Shown: positions 36,517 to 46,938 of the stretch, piece after piece
How positions within the stretch are numbered: position 1 is the stretch's first letter
Layout: every line of letters starts with the position of its first letter
NCBI GenBank assembly: GCA_913046795.1
Contig: CAJWTC010000002.1
Location: forward strand, 1,994-65,993
Length of the DNA stretch: 64,000 nt
Direction: 5' to 3'
From: an uncultured Flammeovirgaceae bacterium
GTDB taxonomy: Bacteria; Bacteroidota; Bacteroidia; Cytophagales; MED-G16
Program-made: the position numbers and the translations under genes
The notes under the pieces: generated by a model
What the model saw: the letters and a program-made list of their open reading frames with translations, nothing else
The model's database searches: none
What the model was told of the DNA's origin: nothing

Positions 36517-37663
36517 AAATACAAAAAATATTTGTCATAGCTCTAACTAGAATTCCAAGAATAAGAAGGACTAAACTCTCATTTAAATTCTGAGGGATAA
36601 AATTCCACATAAGAAAGAGTGCTATCAGAGACGAAGCATACAAAATCAGATAGTTTATCAAGAACTTCTTAGATAAAATTTTAATAAATAGAAAGGATAT
36701 TAAAATATTTGAAGGCAGAGCCCAAACCAAGTTAAAATTACTACCCGAAAGGTGATCCGTGAATAGCCACAAGTAAGATAATAGCAGCCCAATTAAGCCT
36801 GTGGAAAGGAAAATAAAAAAATCGATTAGGTTATATGATATGTCATACTTAATCTGCCTAAAAGAGATAGTTAGAATAAATATGAAAAAAATGAAAAAAA
36901 TTATATTAGGGGTGAGAAAGTTTCCTCTAAATTCTTCTATAGTATTAGGGTTAAGTATAACAGTTTCTTTAATCAGTTCATTACTTTCACTCGTACTTGC
37001 ATTTTTCAGAGATTCAAAAAGGAAATCAGGAATAAACATTTTATCCTGGAAAGAAATAACTTCATCAATTTCAGGGCCTAAGCATATGTCAATTCCCAAA
37101 TCCCCCCAGAGATTATTCTTTAGATACATGTCCATTAAATTACGGAAAGATACATCACCAGGTACCTCTGAGAAATTTAGCTGATCTCCAATTACCTCAG
37201 ATAATATATCTCTAATTTTTGTGGCACAATTGTCATAGACATAGTTATACAAATAATTAGCATTCTCAGGTAGAATATTTTGTTCCAGATAATTATAAAG
37301 TAATATTTCTTGAGATTGGTCAAGGTTTAGTAGCTGTTCTTTTACAAACCTTTCTTGGTCTATATAGTAGTTTTTTGCTGCTGGATAACTGTACTTCCCC
37401 ACCTTATAAAGCAACCTCCCATTTAAAAAATTTAAATAAAAATTTGGCTGATCAAAATCAAATATACCATAATTATAGAAGTAATCTTCTCCAGTATTTT
37501 TGTTAAAATATCTAATACCACTGTGTCCAAAGGCACTATAGAGTTCATTCTCGTAGGGACCTATGGTTATAATAGAAAAACCACTTTGCTCATTATCATT
37601 TGAAAAGGATGAGAGAAAAGTAAAACAAAATAATATAGCTATATAGATTTTATGCACCTTCAA
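36497..37663 (-). CDS. DUF4105 (Lnb N-terminal domain)-containing membrane protein
   Basis: 388 aa. Signal peptide, AFGHSGIR, YDNCATKIRD motif, and C-terminal TM bundle. Convergent 20-nt overlap with recX; 14-nt overlap with rsmI. Confidence 0.6.
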   Translation of the reverse strand: MKVHKIYIAILFCFTFLSSFSNDNEQSGFSIITIGPYENELYSAFGHSGIRYFNKNTGEDYFYNYGIFDFDQPNFYLNFLNGRLLYKVGKYSYPAAKNYYIDQERFVKEQLLNLDQSQEILLYNYLEQNILPENANYLYNYVYDNCATKIRDILSEVIGDQLNFSEVPGDVSFRNLMDMYLKNNLWGDLGIDICLGPEIDEVISFQDKMFIPDFLFESLKNASTSESNELIKETVILNPNTIEEFRGNFLTPNIIFFIFFIFILTISFRQIKYDISYNLIDFFIFLSTGLIGLLLSYLWLFTDHLSGSNFNLVWALPSNILISFLFIKILSKKFLINYLILYASSLIALFLMWNFIPQNLNESLVLLILGILVRAMTNIFCISRSAVQ

Positions 37664-38327
37664 TAATTATAACAATTTCACCTTTAATATTTTTTTCATT
37701 TAATTTTTGGCTAACATCACTCAATTTACCTCTAATATTCTCTTGATGAATCTTAGTCAACTCTCTAGATATACTCACCTTCCTCTCCTCTCCAAATACA
37801 TCAATGAGTTCTGATATCAATTTTTTTATCCTATAAGGAGACTCATAGATTATTATAGATCTCTTCTCTTCTTTTAAAAATTTAATTCTAGTGGCTCTGC
37901 CTTTCTTCTTTGGAAGAAATCCCTCGAATACAAATTTATCTGAAGATATACCTGAGTTAACAAGAGCAGGCACAAAAGCAGTAGGACCAGGCAAACAATC
38001 TACTTCAATATTATTTTTAATTGCCTCTCTAACTATCAAATATCCTGGATCAGAAATTGATGGAGTACCCGCATCGCTTATAAGTGCAACCTGAACACCA
38101 GATAGTATTTTATTTATAAATCTATTAACAACCTTGTGCTCATTATGGATATGATAAGAGTGAAGTGGTTTATTGATATCATACTTGTCTAAAAGCTTCT
38201 TTGATGTTCTCGTGTCCTCACACAAAATTAGGTCTGATTCTTTTAGTGTCTCAACAGCCCTTAGTGTTATGTCATTAAGGTTACCGATCGGGGTAGGGAC
38301 CACAGAAAGATAAAATTCCGAACTCAT
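37650..38327 (-). CDS. rsmI: 16S rRNA (cytidine1402-2'-O)-methyltransferase
   Basis: 225 aa. LSVVPTPIGNLNDITLRAVETLKESDLILCEDTR...SDAGTPSISDPG. Confidence 0.92.
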   Translation of the reverse strand: MSSEFYLSVVPTPIGNLNDITLRAVETLKESDLILCEDTRTSKKLLDKYDINKPLHSYHIHNEHKVVNRFINKILSGVQVALISDAGTPSISDPGYLIVREAIKNNIEVDCLPGPTAFVPALVNSGISSDKFVFEGFLPKKKGRATRIKFLKEEKRSIIIYESPYRIKKLISELIDVFGEERKVSISRELTKIHQENIRGKLSDVSQKLNEKNIKGEIVIIIEGA

Positions 38328-38554
38328 TTTATTTTATCAATTTCTGATGCGAGATCATGGTCTTTTTCTGTAACTATATCACCCATATCATGGGTAGATA
38401 ACTTTATATTAACCCTATTATAAATATTATAAATCTCTGGGTGATGGTCTTTTTTTTCTGAAATAACTGCTACCTTATTGATAAAATCAATAGCACTATT
38501 AAAGTCATCAAATACAAAATCTTTTTCTAATTTATTTTCTTTTTCTTTCCACAT
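38324..38554 (-). CDS. 4a-hydroxytetrahydrobiopterin dehydratase (PCD/DCoH)
   Basis: 76 aa. F.F.DF..A..F...VA...E...HHPEI...YN.V...L.TH pattern. Confidence 0.8.
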   Translation of the reverse strand: MWKEKENKLEKDFVFDDFNSAIDFINKVAVISEKKDHHPEIYNIYNRVNIKLSTHDMGDIVTEKDHDLASEIDKIK

Positions 38555-38812
38555 TTAGAGAGATATTATATCATCTATTTTAGATGCCTTCTCGTAAATA
38601 TAAAGTATTTCATCAGCATTTTTCATGATTTTAGATATTGTAACTGATGTGTATTTTCTATTTTTTGATTCTCTTTGAGAATAATCTGAATCTGGCAAAA
38701 GGTCCAAAACCTTAGAAATAGATTCTGATTTAATTATAAATTTAAAAGAGTATTCTGCAGGAAAATCATACTCTTCCTCTAGGGTATTTTTAAAACTGAC
38801 AAGATCAGACAT
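38555..38812 (-). CDS. DUF493 (YbeD-like) protein
   Basis: 85 aa. DFPAEYSFKFIIKS... is typical of the DUF493 N-terminus. Confidence 0.55.
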   Translation of the reverse strand: MSDLVSFKNTLEEEYDFPAEYSFKFIIKSESISKVLDLLPDSDYSQRESKNRKYTSVTISKIMKNADEILYIYEKASKIDDIISL

Positions 38813-38815
38813 GGA

Positions 38816-40909
38816 CTAAAAAAATTTGTATCGATTATCCTCTATGTCAGAGAAGAATTTGATAGCGTCATCAATCTTTAATGGAATATTAAATCTACTT
38901 GTTTGTATTAATGTATTCCTGAAGTCATCATACGTAGATAATGTATCTGGAATCACCTTTGACTCTAACCCTAGAACTATAATACCACCATCAATTTTAA
39001 AAGGACGTGTCAGCTCTCCCTCTTCCATGGAAAATGCAGTGCCAATAGATTCTGGAGAATAACCTACATTTGATAAAGAGTTTTCTGATAAACTAAGTCC
39101 AGAAGATCTGTAAATCTCTCCAAGTCCTAAGTTATCTTTCAGGTCCTGTAAGGAGGTATAATCAGAAAGTTTTTCATTTAAATAAGTGAACTTTTTCTCA
39201 TCGATAATCCTTCTTTTTATTGAATTTTCAACTTCATCAAGATTCTTTGTGCCCTCATCAGTAATCACATTTACCTGTGCGACAATATATCCTTCATCTG
39301 TTTCAATGACATCTGAAATATCCTCCTCATACCTATCATCAGCGTACGCCCATATAATAACATTACGCGCATCTTGAACAGGTCCCAAATCTGATGAGTT
39401 TTTATCTAAATCGTTAACTGTTCCTCCGGTGATATTTTTCAATTTTATATATGCTGGAAAATCATTCTCATCTGATTTTATATCTAGCTTAAATAATTCA
39501 GCAGATCTATAAATATTATTTCTAGTATTATCACTAGGGAGAATATCCTTGGAGATAGTTGTAACATGATACGATGTTTTAGTTTTCGGATATGTTACAT
39601 AAATAATATGATATCCAAAATCTGACTCTATAATCCTTGGTATTAAGCCAGCCCTATTTCTTGAAAAAACAGCATCCTGAAATGGCTTAACCATAACACC
39701 ATCAGAAAACCAGCCTAGATCTCCACCATTAGATGCAGACCCATCTTGGCTATAGGTTCGTGCCGTTTCATCAAAATCACTGCCTGACCTAAGAAGGTTT
39801 AAAATTCTATTTGCCTCGGACCTAACAGATGTCTTGTTAGAATCATCAAACCTTAGAAGGATATGCTTTGCTCTAGCCTTTTCTTTTAGATCTTTTGTGA
39901 TTTTAGAAAGTTTTTTTACAGTTATTGCTCCATTAGAATAAGATGGTGGCGTAACAAAACCTACCGACATACCAACTAACTCATCCGGTAATTCGTCAGG
40001 ATTATACTTTGTGAAGGGGTTAAAACTGTCAGAATTAATTACAGCATATGTGGAGTCATCTATGATATTTCCTGAAAGTAAGTTTTCACGTATACTCCCT
40101 ATTTCATTTTCGAAAAAACTAGAATCTTCAGCAGAAGGAAGAACAGGAAAGAAAGCATAATCAATAGATCTAGTCTCATCTTGGTTATAATCTGACTTAT
40201 TTTTATTCAGGTAACTCCTCATCTCACTAGTAGATACATCAAAAATTGTATCACTAATCAAATAAAAAGGAACATAATAGTAAGCAAGATCAATTTGAGA
40301 CGATGAATTAAAGTATTCAGCTTCAGCATCTAATGAATTATAAAATGTTGATTGAGTAATTAAATTATCATATTTAGACCTTAATCTCATTGGTTTAAGG
40401 TTTGATTCAAAAGAATACCAAGCCTGCTGCTGATTAGCGGGTTGGGTAGATAGGTTTTGAAGATACCCAATTACATTATCACGATTAAAACTTCCTGTAG
40501 AAGGATCAGAAAATGCTTGGATTATCATTGGATGTATATTGGTGCCCTGTACCATATCTACAGACTCTTTATCTGTGACTGTCAACCCAATCTTTTTGAA
40601 TTCGTCTACATAGCTTATGTCATTAATTAACCTCTCCCATGCCTGATCTCTAATATCAGAAATTTCTTGTTGGTTAGGAGATCTCCCATTATTAAGGGAG
40701 AAATTATATGAAAGTTCTTCATAGACAGTATTAAACTTTAATAAATCAATTTCTTCTCCGTTAATATACCCGACAATATTTCTATTTTGGCCTATAAAGG
40801 AACTATTAGGACCTAAAATATCTCCCAGGACAAAGGCAGCAATAGAAAAGCCAACTACAAAAACTAGAAACTTTCCCATCTTATCTCTTAAAGTACTTAT
40901 TATAGCCAT
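38816..40909 (-). CDS. periplasmic chaperone / peptidyl-prolyl isomerase (PpiD/SurA-like, parvulin domain)
   Basis: 697 aa. N-terminal membrane anchor. Parvulin core ARAKHILLRF...GGDLGWFSDGVMVKPFQDAVF...SDFGYHIIYV. Confidence 0.8.
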   Translation of the reverse strand: MAIISTLRDKMGKFLVFVVGFSIAAFVLGDILGPNSSFIGQNRNIVGYINGEEIDLLKFNTVYEELSYNFSLNNGRSPNQQEISDIRDQAWERLINDISYVDEFKKIGLTVTDKESVDMVQGTNIHPMIIQAFSDPSTGSFNRDNVIGYLQNLSTQPANQQQAWYSFESNLKPMRLRSKYDNLITQSTFYNSLDAEAEYFNSSSQIDLAYYYVPFYLISDTIFDVSTSEMRSYLNKNKSDYNQDETRSIDYAFFPVLPSAEDSSFFENEIGSIRENLLSGNIIDDSTYAVINSDSFNPFTKYNPDELPDELVGMSVGFVTPPSYSNGAITVKKLSKITKDLKEKARAKHILLRFDDSNKTSVRSEANRILNLLRSGSDFDETARTYSQDGSASNGGDLGWFSDGVMVKPFQDAVFSRNRAGLIPRIIESDFGYHIIYVTYPKTKTSYHVTTISKDILPSDNTRNNIYRSAELFKLDIKSDENDFPAYIKLKNITGGTVNDLDKNSSDLGPVQDARNVIIWAYADDRYEEDISDVIETDEGYIVAQVNVITDEGTKNLDEVENSIKRRIIDEKKFTYLNEKLSDYTSLQDLKDNLGLGEIYRSSGLSLSENSLSNVGYSPESIGTAFSMEEGELTRPFKIDGGIIVLGLESKVIPDTLSTYDDFRNTLIQTSRFNIPLKIDDAIKFFSDIEDNRYKFF

Positions 40910-40946
40910 AATATTATATTAGGAATGCAAAATTAAATTTTAATTA

Positions 40947-42224
40947 TCAATTATTTAAATTCTTTCTAAAAAATACGTTATCAATTCTATTGTTATTTAT
41001 TGATAAAATTTTAATTGTAAAATTATCGTAGTCAATTTTTTCATTTTTTTTAGGTATTTCTTTAGTAAAATTTAAGATAAATCCACCAAGAGTATCATAA
41101 TCCCCCTCAGGAATTTTAAGGTCATATTTATCATTAAGGTAGTCAATCTCCAACCTAGCACTAAAATTGAAAGAGAGTTTATCTACCTTATCTTCAAGTA
41201 AGTTAAGTTCATCAAACTCATCAATAATTTCTCCAAAGATTTCCTCAATAATATCTTCTAAAGTTATAATTCCTGAAGTACCACCGTATTCATCAATTAC
41301 AACAGCTATATTAATCTGATCTGAAATAAATTTAAGAAGAAGGTCACTTGCAAGATTTGTCTCATTTACGTAATGAATTGGCTTCAATATATCACTAATT
41401 TTACTAGGATTAGTAAATAAGGATAAACCATGACAGTAACCAATAACATTATCAATAGATGATTTATAAACAATAACCTTAGTATAACCAGTTTTATTAA
41501 TAGTTTCTTTTAAATCATTAATAGAATCCTTTTCATCAACAGCAATAATTTCAGTTCTTGGGATCATAAAATCTCTAACCTTAACTGCCTTAAGGTTAAG
41601 TGCATTATTAAAGAACTCCGAAACATTTTTTGTCTGAATTTCTTTATCGGAAACAATAACTTTTTTAATGTATTCATTAAGATCTGTTATTTTAAAAGCA
41701 GGCCTATCATCTGAATACTTTTGCTTTAAAATATCTTCAATTATAAATTTTAAAATAAATATGACGATCTTAACAATCGGCCAGAAAACAAAGTAAATAA
41801 AAATCAATAAAATTGAAAAGGAAGATATCAGTCTATCGGGGTTAATCATAAATATACTTTTTGGAATATATTCTGCGGTAACTAAGACTATAAGGGTTGA
41901 TATGAATGTCTGAATTATCAAAACAGAAAAATCATTTTTAATAATATCAGGCAGAAAGGAAATTAAAAAAGGCTCCAAAAAATCTGCCATTGCTATACCA
42001 TAGATAACAAGAGATAGATTTATCCCAATCTGCAGGGCAGCTATAATTTCCGAACTATTGGTATTGATTATATTAAATACCCTTCCAAAAAAACTTTTTG
42101 GTGTTGATTTTATTTCAAAGTTTAATTTATCACGTGAGATGTAAGCAATCTCAAGCCCCGAGAATAATCCAGAAAATAAAATACAAATTATAATAAGTAA
42201 AATTTGAGATTCAAATTCTAGCAT
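40947..42224 (-). CDS. DUF21-CBS pair-CorC_HlyC membrane protein (GldE-like hemolysin family)
   Basis: 425 aa. N-terminal 4-TM DUF21, VRDFMIPRTEI...(CBS pair), and C-terminal GGFILNFTKEIPKKNEKI transporter-associated domain. Confidence 0.8.
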   Translation of the reverse strand: MLEFESQILLIIICILFSGLFSGLEIAYISRDKLNFEIKSTPKSFFGRVFNIINTNSSEIIAALQIGINLSLVIYGIAMADFLEPFLISFLPDIIKNDFSVLIIQTFISTLIVLVTAEYIPKSIFMINPDRLISSFSILLIFIYFVFWPIVKIVIFILKFIIEDILKQKYSDDRPAFKITDLNEYIKKVIVSDKEIQTKNVSEFFNNALNLKAVKVRDFMIPRTEIIAVDEKDSINDLKETINKTGYTKVIVYKSSIDNVIGYCHGLSLFTNPSKISDILKPIHYVNETNLASDLLLKFISDQINIAVVIDEYGGTSGIITLEDIIEEIFGEIIDEFDELNLLEDKVDKLSFNFSARLEIDYLNDKYDLKIPEGDYDTLGGFILNFTKEIPKKNEKIDYDNFTIKILSINNNRIDNVFFRKNLNN

Positions 42225-42302
42225 TTAACTCAAAAAATTTATTTTAAAAAAAGTATACAAACCTAAAATATTAAAAAGCAAAGCAAGAGAAAATTTAATT
42301 AG

Positions 42303-42842
42303 TTAATCTTCATCAATCTCAATTATACCAGATGGCTTCAGAATCTCATACTCTGTAAAGTCTTGATTTGAAACCATACCTTCACCTGAGTGAATTTCAT
42401 TTTCAGACTTAATAGTAACAAATTTATTAGTAGAAAACTTTTCCTCGTTTGGGTACCAAAATAGCTCCTCTGTTCTTAACTCATTCTCTGTATCTATATT
42501 ATATAATATCACATTACCCTCGGCACGATAAAAATTCTCTTCTGAATTTCTTATAACATAGTTTGCAGAAAACTTAGCCTTTATAGATTTATCCTCCTTA
42601 GAAAAAATATCCATTTTCAAACCACTAGGGTAAAGTTCTTTTCCATCATTAAAAACTTGATATAGGTCTGCTTTTAGTGAGAAACGTGTCCTTGCTGAAT
42701 CTGAAAATGATGTATTAAGGTTAATAACTTCTAAGTCTGGGCCAGAATATTCGATATTCTTCTGACTCAATTCTGTGTTAGATAAGTTACAAGAAGCTGA
42801 TAATATACTTATTAGTAGTATTAGATATCTATGGTTAGTCAT
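42303..42842 (-). CDS. LptC-like lipoprotein
   Basis: 179 aa. Lipobox LSASC. All-beta pattern with GNVILYN...L.TEELFW and a size typical of Bacteroidetes LptC. The call is tentative. Confidence 0.5.
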   Translation of the reverse strand: MTNHRYLILLISILSASCNLSNTELSQKNIEYSGPDLEVINLNTSFSDSARTRFSLKADLYQVFNDGKELYPSGLKMDIFSKEDKSIKAKFSANYVIRNSEENFYRAEGNVILYNIDTENELRTEELFWYPNEEKFSTNKFVTIKSENEIHSGEGMVSNQDFTEYEILKPSGIIEIDED

Positions 42843-44208
42843 CCGTTTTTTCTTCCAGAATCTCTCTTAAATCTTTTACTATTTGTCTAATTTCATTCTG
42901 ATCTTTCATAAGCTCAACAATGTAATATTTAAGCTCAGATATTCCAGAGGCATTATTTACAGACTGATTAGAACCGCCAGAAGGTGATGAGGAAATTACA
43001 TTATTAGTTGTGCCTGGGTTGGTGGATTCATTATTATTAGATGTTAGATTAGCTATCTCTTTTCTCATTTCTTTTATGTCATCTTGTATCGGATTGTTAT
43101 CAATCTTTTCTACAATTTGCTGATAGGTCTCTACTATTTCTTCTAAGTAATCATCATCAATAGAATAGGATGATTGGTAGTTATTTCCTTTTTCAATGGC
43201 TTTTGAGAGGTCCTTTAGCTCTTTTGAAATATTATTATTTCCTTTATTATTAGAGACTTCTTTTCTATCAATATTTAGAATTTCTTCTGCTAATTTTTTT
43301 ATTTCATCTATCTCCAAAGAAGTGAACTCTTTTAATTCCTCTAAATCTCTTTTAGTCTCGTTTTTAAAATTATTTAACTCTGATCTTGAATCAGCAAGGG
43401 CCGTGTTAGCCAAAAGTTGAAGAGAAAAGTTTCTAAGGTCATTCATATCGCTTTTTAATTCTCCAATATAAAAGACAATGCTATCAGCACTTAATTCATC
43501 TAAAGGTGAAACTTTTTCTGTATTTTTTTTCTGTAGATTAACATTAGCTAATGTAACTTGTCTAAGTAATTCTGTAGCTATGTCTAAATTTTTTCTTAAT
43601 TGAATAACTTCATCTGATTCACTCTGATCAATATCTGAACTTGCACTTAAGTTTTTTTCATCAATTAAAGTAGATATTTTATCAAGAAATTCTTCATTAT
43701 CTAAAACAGAACCATCATCCGAAATTTGAGAAGCAATTTGATCAGATAGAGAAGAAAGATCTGACTGTAGCTCTGAAAACTGATTTGATACTCTGGATAT
43801 GTCCCTACCCAGAGACATAAGGTTCTCATCATAAATATTAGTATTATCCTGGAGATCAGCCACAAAATCAACATTTGAAGCTAAAATTCCTCTGTCATCA
43901 GATGAAAAAGCCTTAGACACAGAACTTAAGGCACCAACCATTATAGCAAAAATCACACTTACCAAGGATAGCTGTAAAGAGAAGTGTGCATAATTTTTAC
44001 TTTTCTTTTTAAATATATAAACCCAGTAAGAAAAGGCAAGAATCCCTAAAACGGCAAGACCTAAAACTATATCAAAAATATAATTAGAATAAAGAGGAAT
44101 CAAGAAATCCTGAATGACAAAGGCTATACCAGCGTTAAGAGCTAAATTTTTAGCAAATAACCTCAGAACAGGAACACTTGAAATAAAGTCATCAACATTA
44201 AACTTCAT
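42835..44208 (-). CDS. membrane-anchored coiled-coil protein, unknown function
   Basis: 457 aa. Three N-terminal hydrophobic segments, then about 350 aa of acidic Ser/Asn/Glu/Leu-rich heptad-like sequence. 8-nt overlap with the LptC-like gene. Confidence 0.6.
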   Translation of the reverse strand: MKFNVDDFISSVPVLRLFAKNLALNAGIAFVIQDFLIPLYSNYIFDIVLGLAVLGILAFSYWVYIFKKKSKNYAHFSLQLSLVSVIFAIMVGALSSVSKAFSSDDRGILASNVDFVADLQDNTNIYDENLMSLGRDISRVSNQFSELQSDLSSLSDQIASQISDDGSVLDNEEFLDKISTLIDEKNLSASSDIDQSESDEVIQLRKNLDIATELLRQVTLANVNLQKKNTEKVSPLDELSADSIVFYIGELKSDMNDLRNFSLQLLANTALADSRSELNNFKNETKRDLEELKEFTSLEIDEIKKLAEEILNIDRKEVSNNKGNNNISKELKDLSKAIEKGNNYQSSYSIDDDYLEEIVETYQQIVEKIDNNPIQDDIKEMRKEIANLTSNNNESTNPGTTNNVISSSPSGGSNQSVNNASGISELKYYIVELMKDQNEIRQIVKDLREILEEKTDD

Positions 44209-45575
44209 TCTCTTTTACTTAATGTTACGTTCTCATTTATCCAACATCCTGTGTTCAAAGATTCCCCAACCTCAAGGTTTTCATTAAAAATTTCTTCCAT
44301 TGAAGGGAACTGAGCCTTAGCTTGAGCAGCTTTATTATTTAAACCAGCTCTTCTAAACATGTTATAAGCAGCGATAAACACAAGTCTATCATTAACTCTG
44401 CTCTTACCTCCTTTACACTCCTCGTATGAGGCCATATAAAGGTTTCCAATAAGTTTATAGGCTTCAGAATTATTTTCAGATGATATAGACATTCTTGCAT
44501 TATCTCTAGACTTGATCTTATTACCAACTAGAGCATATAGCTGTGCTTTATTTAGATAAATCTCTGATTTCTGTTTAGCGTCATCAGTTGACGAAAGAGC
44601 TCCATCATAATATTCAAGAGAACTCTCATAATTCTTAGAAGACAATTCCCTTCCAGCAATGAATTTAGCTATAGCAAAATCTTTCTCATTAGTAAACATT
44701 ATTTTAGCGGCAGATAATGCAATATCAGAAGAAGTACATTTCCCAGTTATGCTAAGTTGAAATATCTTTTTTGCGAGATTTAAAATTTCATCTGAATATA
44801 AAGTTCCCTCGACAGGATTTAAGTTCTCATAATCAGTCTCAATTATTTCATCAGATGGAGACTCAACCAGCTGATTTAACTTTGGACCTAAAGTATTTTC
44901 AACAAAATTACAATCCACAGTTATTGTAGCAGTTAAAAGTTTATCAAGATTGTCCTGATATCTTTTTAACCTCTCAACATTTTTAGGGTCATCGGACTTT
45001 TTAAAAGAAACAATATTTGATAACCTATCATAAATATCAAGAACTTGATCATCGGATATAGTCTTTGAAGTTAACTTATGTTTTCTAACAATATCCATAA
45101 AACCAACGATATTACTATTTCCAAGCTTATTGCCATTTAATTCCAAGGCCTCATTAAACATATTATATAGGTTTTCATATTGTGTCTTGTCAGACCTATA
45201 AAATGTATAGGCAAATGTTGACTTCCTATTTTTTACATAAGCCTCCCTGCCAAAATTTTCAATTCTTTTATCAAAAATTGATATAGCTTCTTGTATCAAT
45301 TCACTTTTTGCGTCTGGATTTTCTTCTTTATCAATTAAACACCTTAATATTTTAACAGCATTTTGATAAATTGAAACATGCAAACCAGGAACATTTTCAA
45401 TTAACCATCTATTTGGTTCAATTGCTAAATCACAATTACCCTGTTTTAAATAGTCAGTATAAAGGACATTTTTTTCTTCAGCACTAGCCTTATCTTCAGG
45501 CCAATTCCATCCCGGTTGAGATTTAACATAGGTATTAGATGAAAATATTATAAATAAAATTAGTAAGTTTCTCAT
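44205..45575 (-). CDS. secreted all-helical (TPR-like) protein, unknown function
   Basis: 456 aa with a signal peptide MRNLLILFIIFSSNTYVKSQ. Repeated A..Y/N..A helical-pair patterns. 4-nt ATGA overlap with the downstream gene. Confidence 0.55.
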   Translation of the reverse strand: MRNLLILFIIFSSNTYVKSQPGWNWPEDKASAEEKNVLYTDYLKQGNCDLAIEPNRWLIENVPGLHVSIYQNAVKILRCLIDKEENPDAKSELIQEAISIFDKRIENFGREAYVKNRKSTFAYTFYRSDKTQYENLYNMFNEALELNGNKLGNSNIVGFMDIVRKHKLTSKTISDDQVLDIYDRLSNIVSFKKSDDPKNVERLKRYQDNLDKLLTATITVDCNFVENTLGPKLNQLVESPSDEIIETDYENLNPVEGTLYSDEILNLAKKIFQLSITGKCTSSDIALSAAKIMFTNEKDFAIAKFIAGRELSSKNYESSLEYYDGALSSTDDAKQKSEIYLNKAQLYALVGNKIKSRDNARMSISSENNSEAYKLIGNLYMASYEECKGGKSRVNDRLVFIAAYNMFRRAGLNNKAAQAKAQFPSMEEIFNENLEVGESLNTGCWINENVTLSKRE

Positions 45576-45583
45576 ATTTAAAT

Positions 45584-46864
45584 TTAATCAAATTTTCTCT
45601 TAATAAACCAAATGTTATTAATTGAACTCCCTATGATGAACTTTAAATAGTTTTCTTTTGCAAGAGTTTTACTTAAGTTACCTCTTGTTCCTAACTCAAA
45701 ACCAAGGTTAATTCTAGATATTGAACCAATAGGTAATGATAACCCAAATGTTGCTGCTATATTATTTGTTTCCTCTCCATTGATTAAATAAGGAAACCTT
45801 TTAAACAAAAGTCCCCCTCTATAAGTTACTCTATTAAAGTATGTATTAACATCTTCTGCATCTGGAATTATTTCAATACCGGTTGATACTTGAAAGTAAT
45901 TCTTATAATTGTTTTCTTGACCTTCAAAACCTGAATTTTCTTTCCACGGTTGAAACCTAAAGTCAACACCAAAGGAAAGCTTGTCTAAAATCTCATAAGA
46001 AACTCCAAAACCAAAATTTTTAGGAATAATATAGTCTCTAATGACATCATTTAAAATTGTATCTACTACCAATACATTCAGAGAATTAGGTATTTTTCTT
46101 TCTAATTGAGAAAAGGTTGAAGATTCAAGAGATGTCTTTAAATCATAAATTAAACCAATTTTTAAAAATTTATCTTCATTTATTTCTTTTCTATAAAATA
46201 AACCTGTCATTAATGAATAATCGTTGTAGATCGATTCTTCATAATAGTTAGAAAAGAACTGAGACTCATTTGAAATGGTTGAAGAAATATTACTTGATAC
46301 CTTACCAAAAATATATGTAGCCTTAACGCCAAGGGATAACTCTTTAGTTATCTTGAAACCATTGGACAAATATATTTCGGTAAGCCCGCCAGATCCATCG
46401 TAATCATATGTGACAAGTGATGATGTTGGCGATCCGTCTACATTATAAATAACATCTTCGGAAAATAATTTATAATTCATATTACTGAAAGGATTAAATC
46501 CAAATGATGCAGTCCACTTGCCAGACTTTAAGACAGGAAAACCAAATCCAATATAATTTATATTCCCATTTCCAATAATATCTTTTGACTCATTATTAAC
46601 AATTTGTCTTACATCTGAAGCTATTCCCATCTCGAATGTAGTAAACCTGTTATTTACTAAAGCAGCAGGGTTTTGATTATTTAGATGCCAAAATGATCCA
46701 TTACTAATACCTAACCCTCCCATTGATAAATTATTTGCAAAAGAGTTATCAGAAATCTCTCCAACAGGTACCAATGAACTGAATGGAGTTGTTACCTGGG
46801 AAAATGATACTTTAGATCCAAAAAAAAAGTAAATTAGAAAAAAACAAAATAATTTGATACGCAT
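45584..46864 (-). CDS. outer-membrane beta-barrel protein (porin-like), unknown family
   Basis: I prefer the start at 46864 (MRIKLFCFFLIYFFFGSKVSFSQ signal). Alternating-hydrophobic beta-strand patterns run throughout (IAATFGLSLPIG, RINLGFELGTRG). Confidence 0.55.
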   Translation of the reverse strand: MRIKLFCFFLIYFFFGSKVSFSQVTTPFSSLVPVGEISDNSFANNLSMGGLGISNGSFWHLNNQNPAALVNNRFTTFEMGIASDVRQIVNNESKDIIGNGNINYIGFGFPVLKSGKWTASFGFNPFSNMNYKLFSEDVIYNVDGSPTSSLVTYDYDGSGGLTEIYLSNGFKITKELSLGVKATYIFGKVSSNISSTISNESQFFSNYYEESIYNDYSLMTGLFYRKEINEDKFLKIGLIYDLKTSLESSTFSQLERKIPNSLNVLVVDTILNDVIRDYIIPKNFGFGVSYEILDKLSFGVDFRFQPWKENSGFEGQENNYKNYFQVSTGIEIIPDAEDVNTYFNRVTYRGGLLFKRFPYLINGEETNNIAATFGLSLPIGSISRINLGFELGTRGNLSKTLAKENYLKFIIGSSINNIWFIKRKFD

Positions 46865-46938
46865 GTGGCTTATCATTAGATTATAACAGGAGCAAAGATG
46901 CATTCTTTAATTCATAAATAAAAAATTAAAATAAAGAC

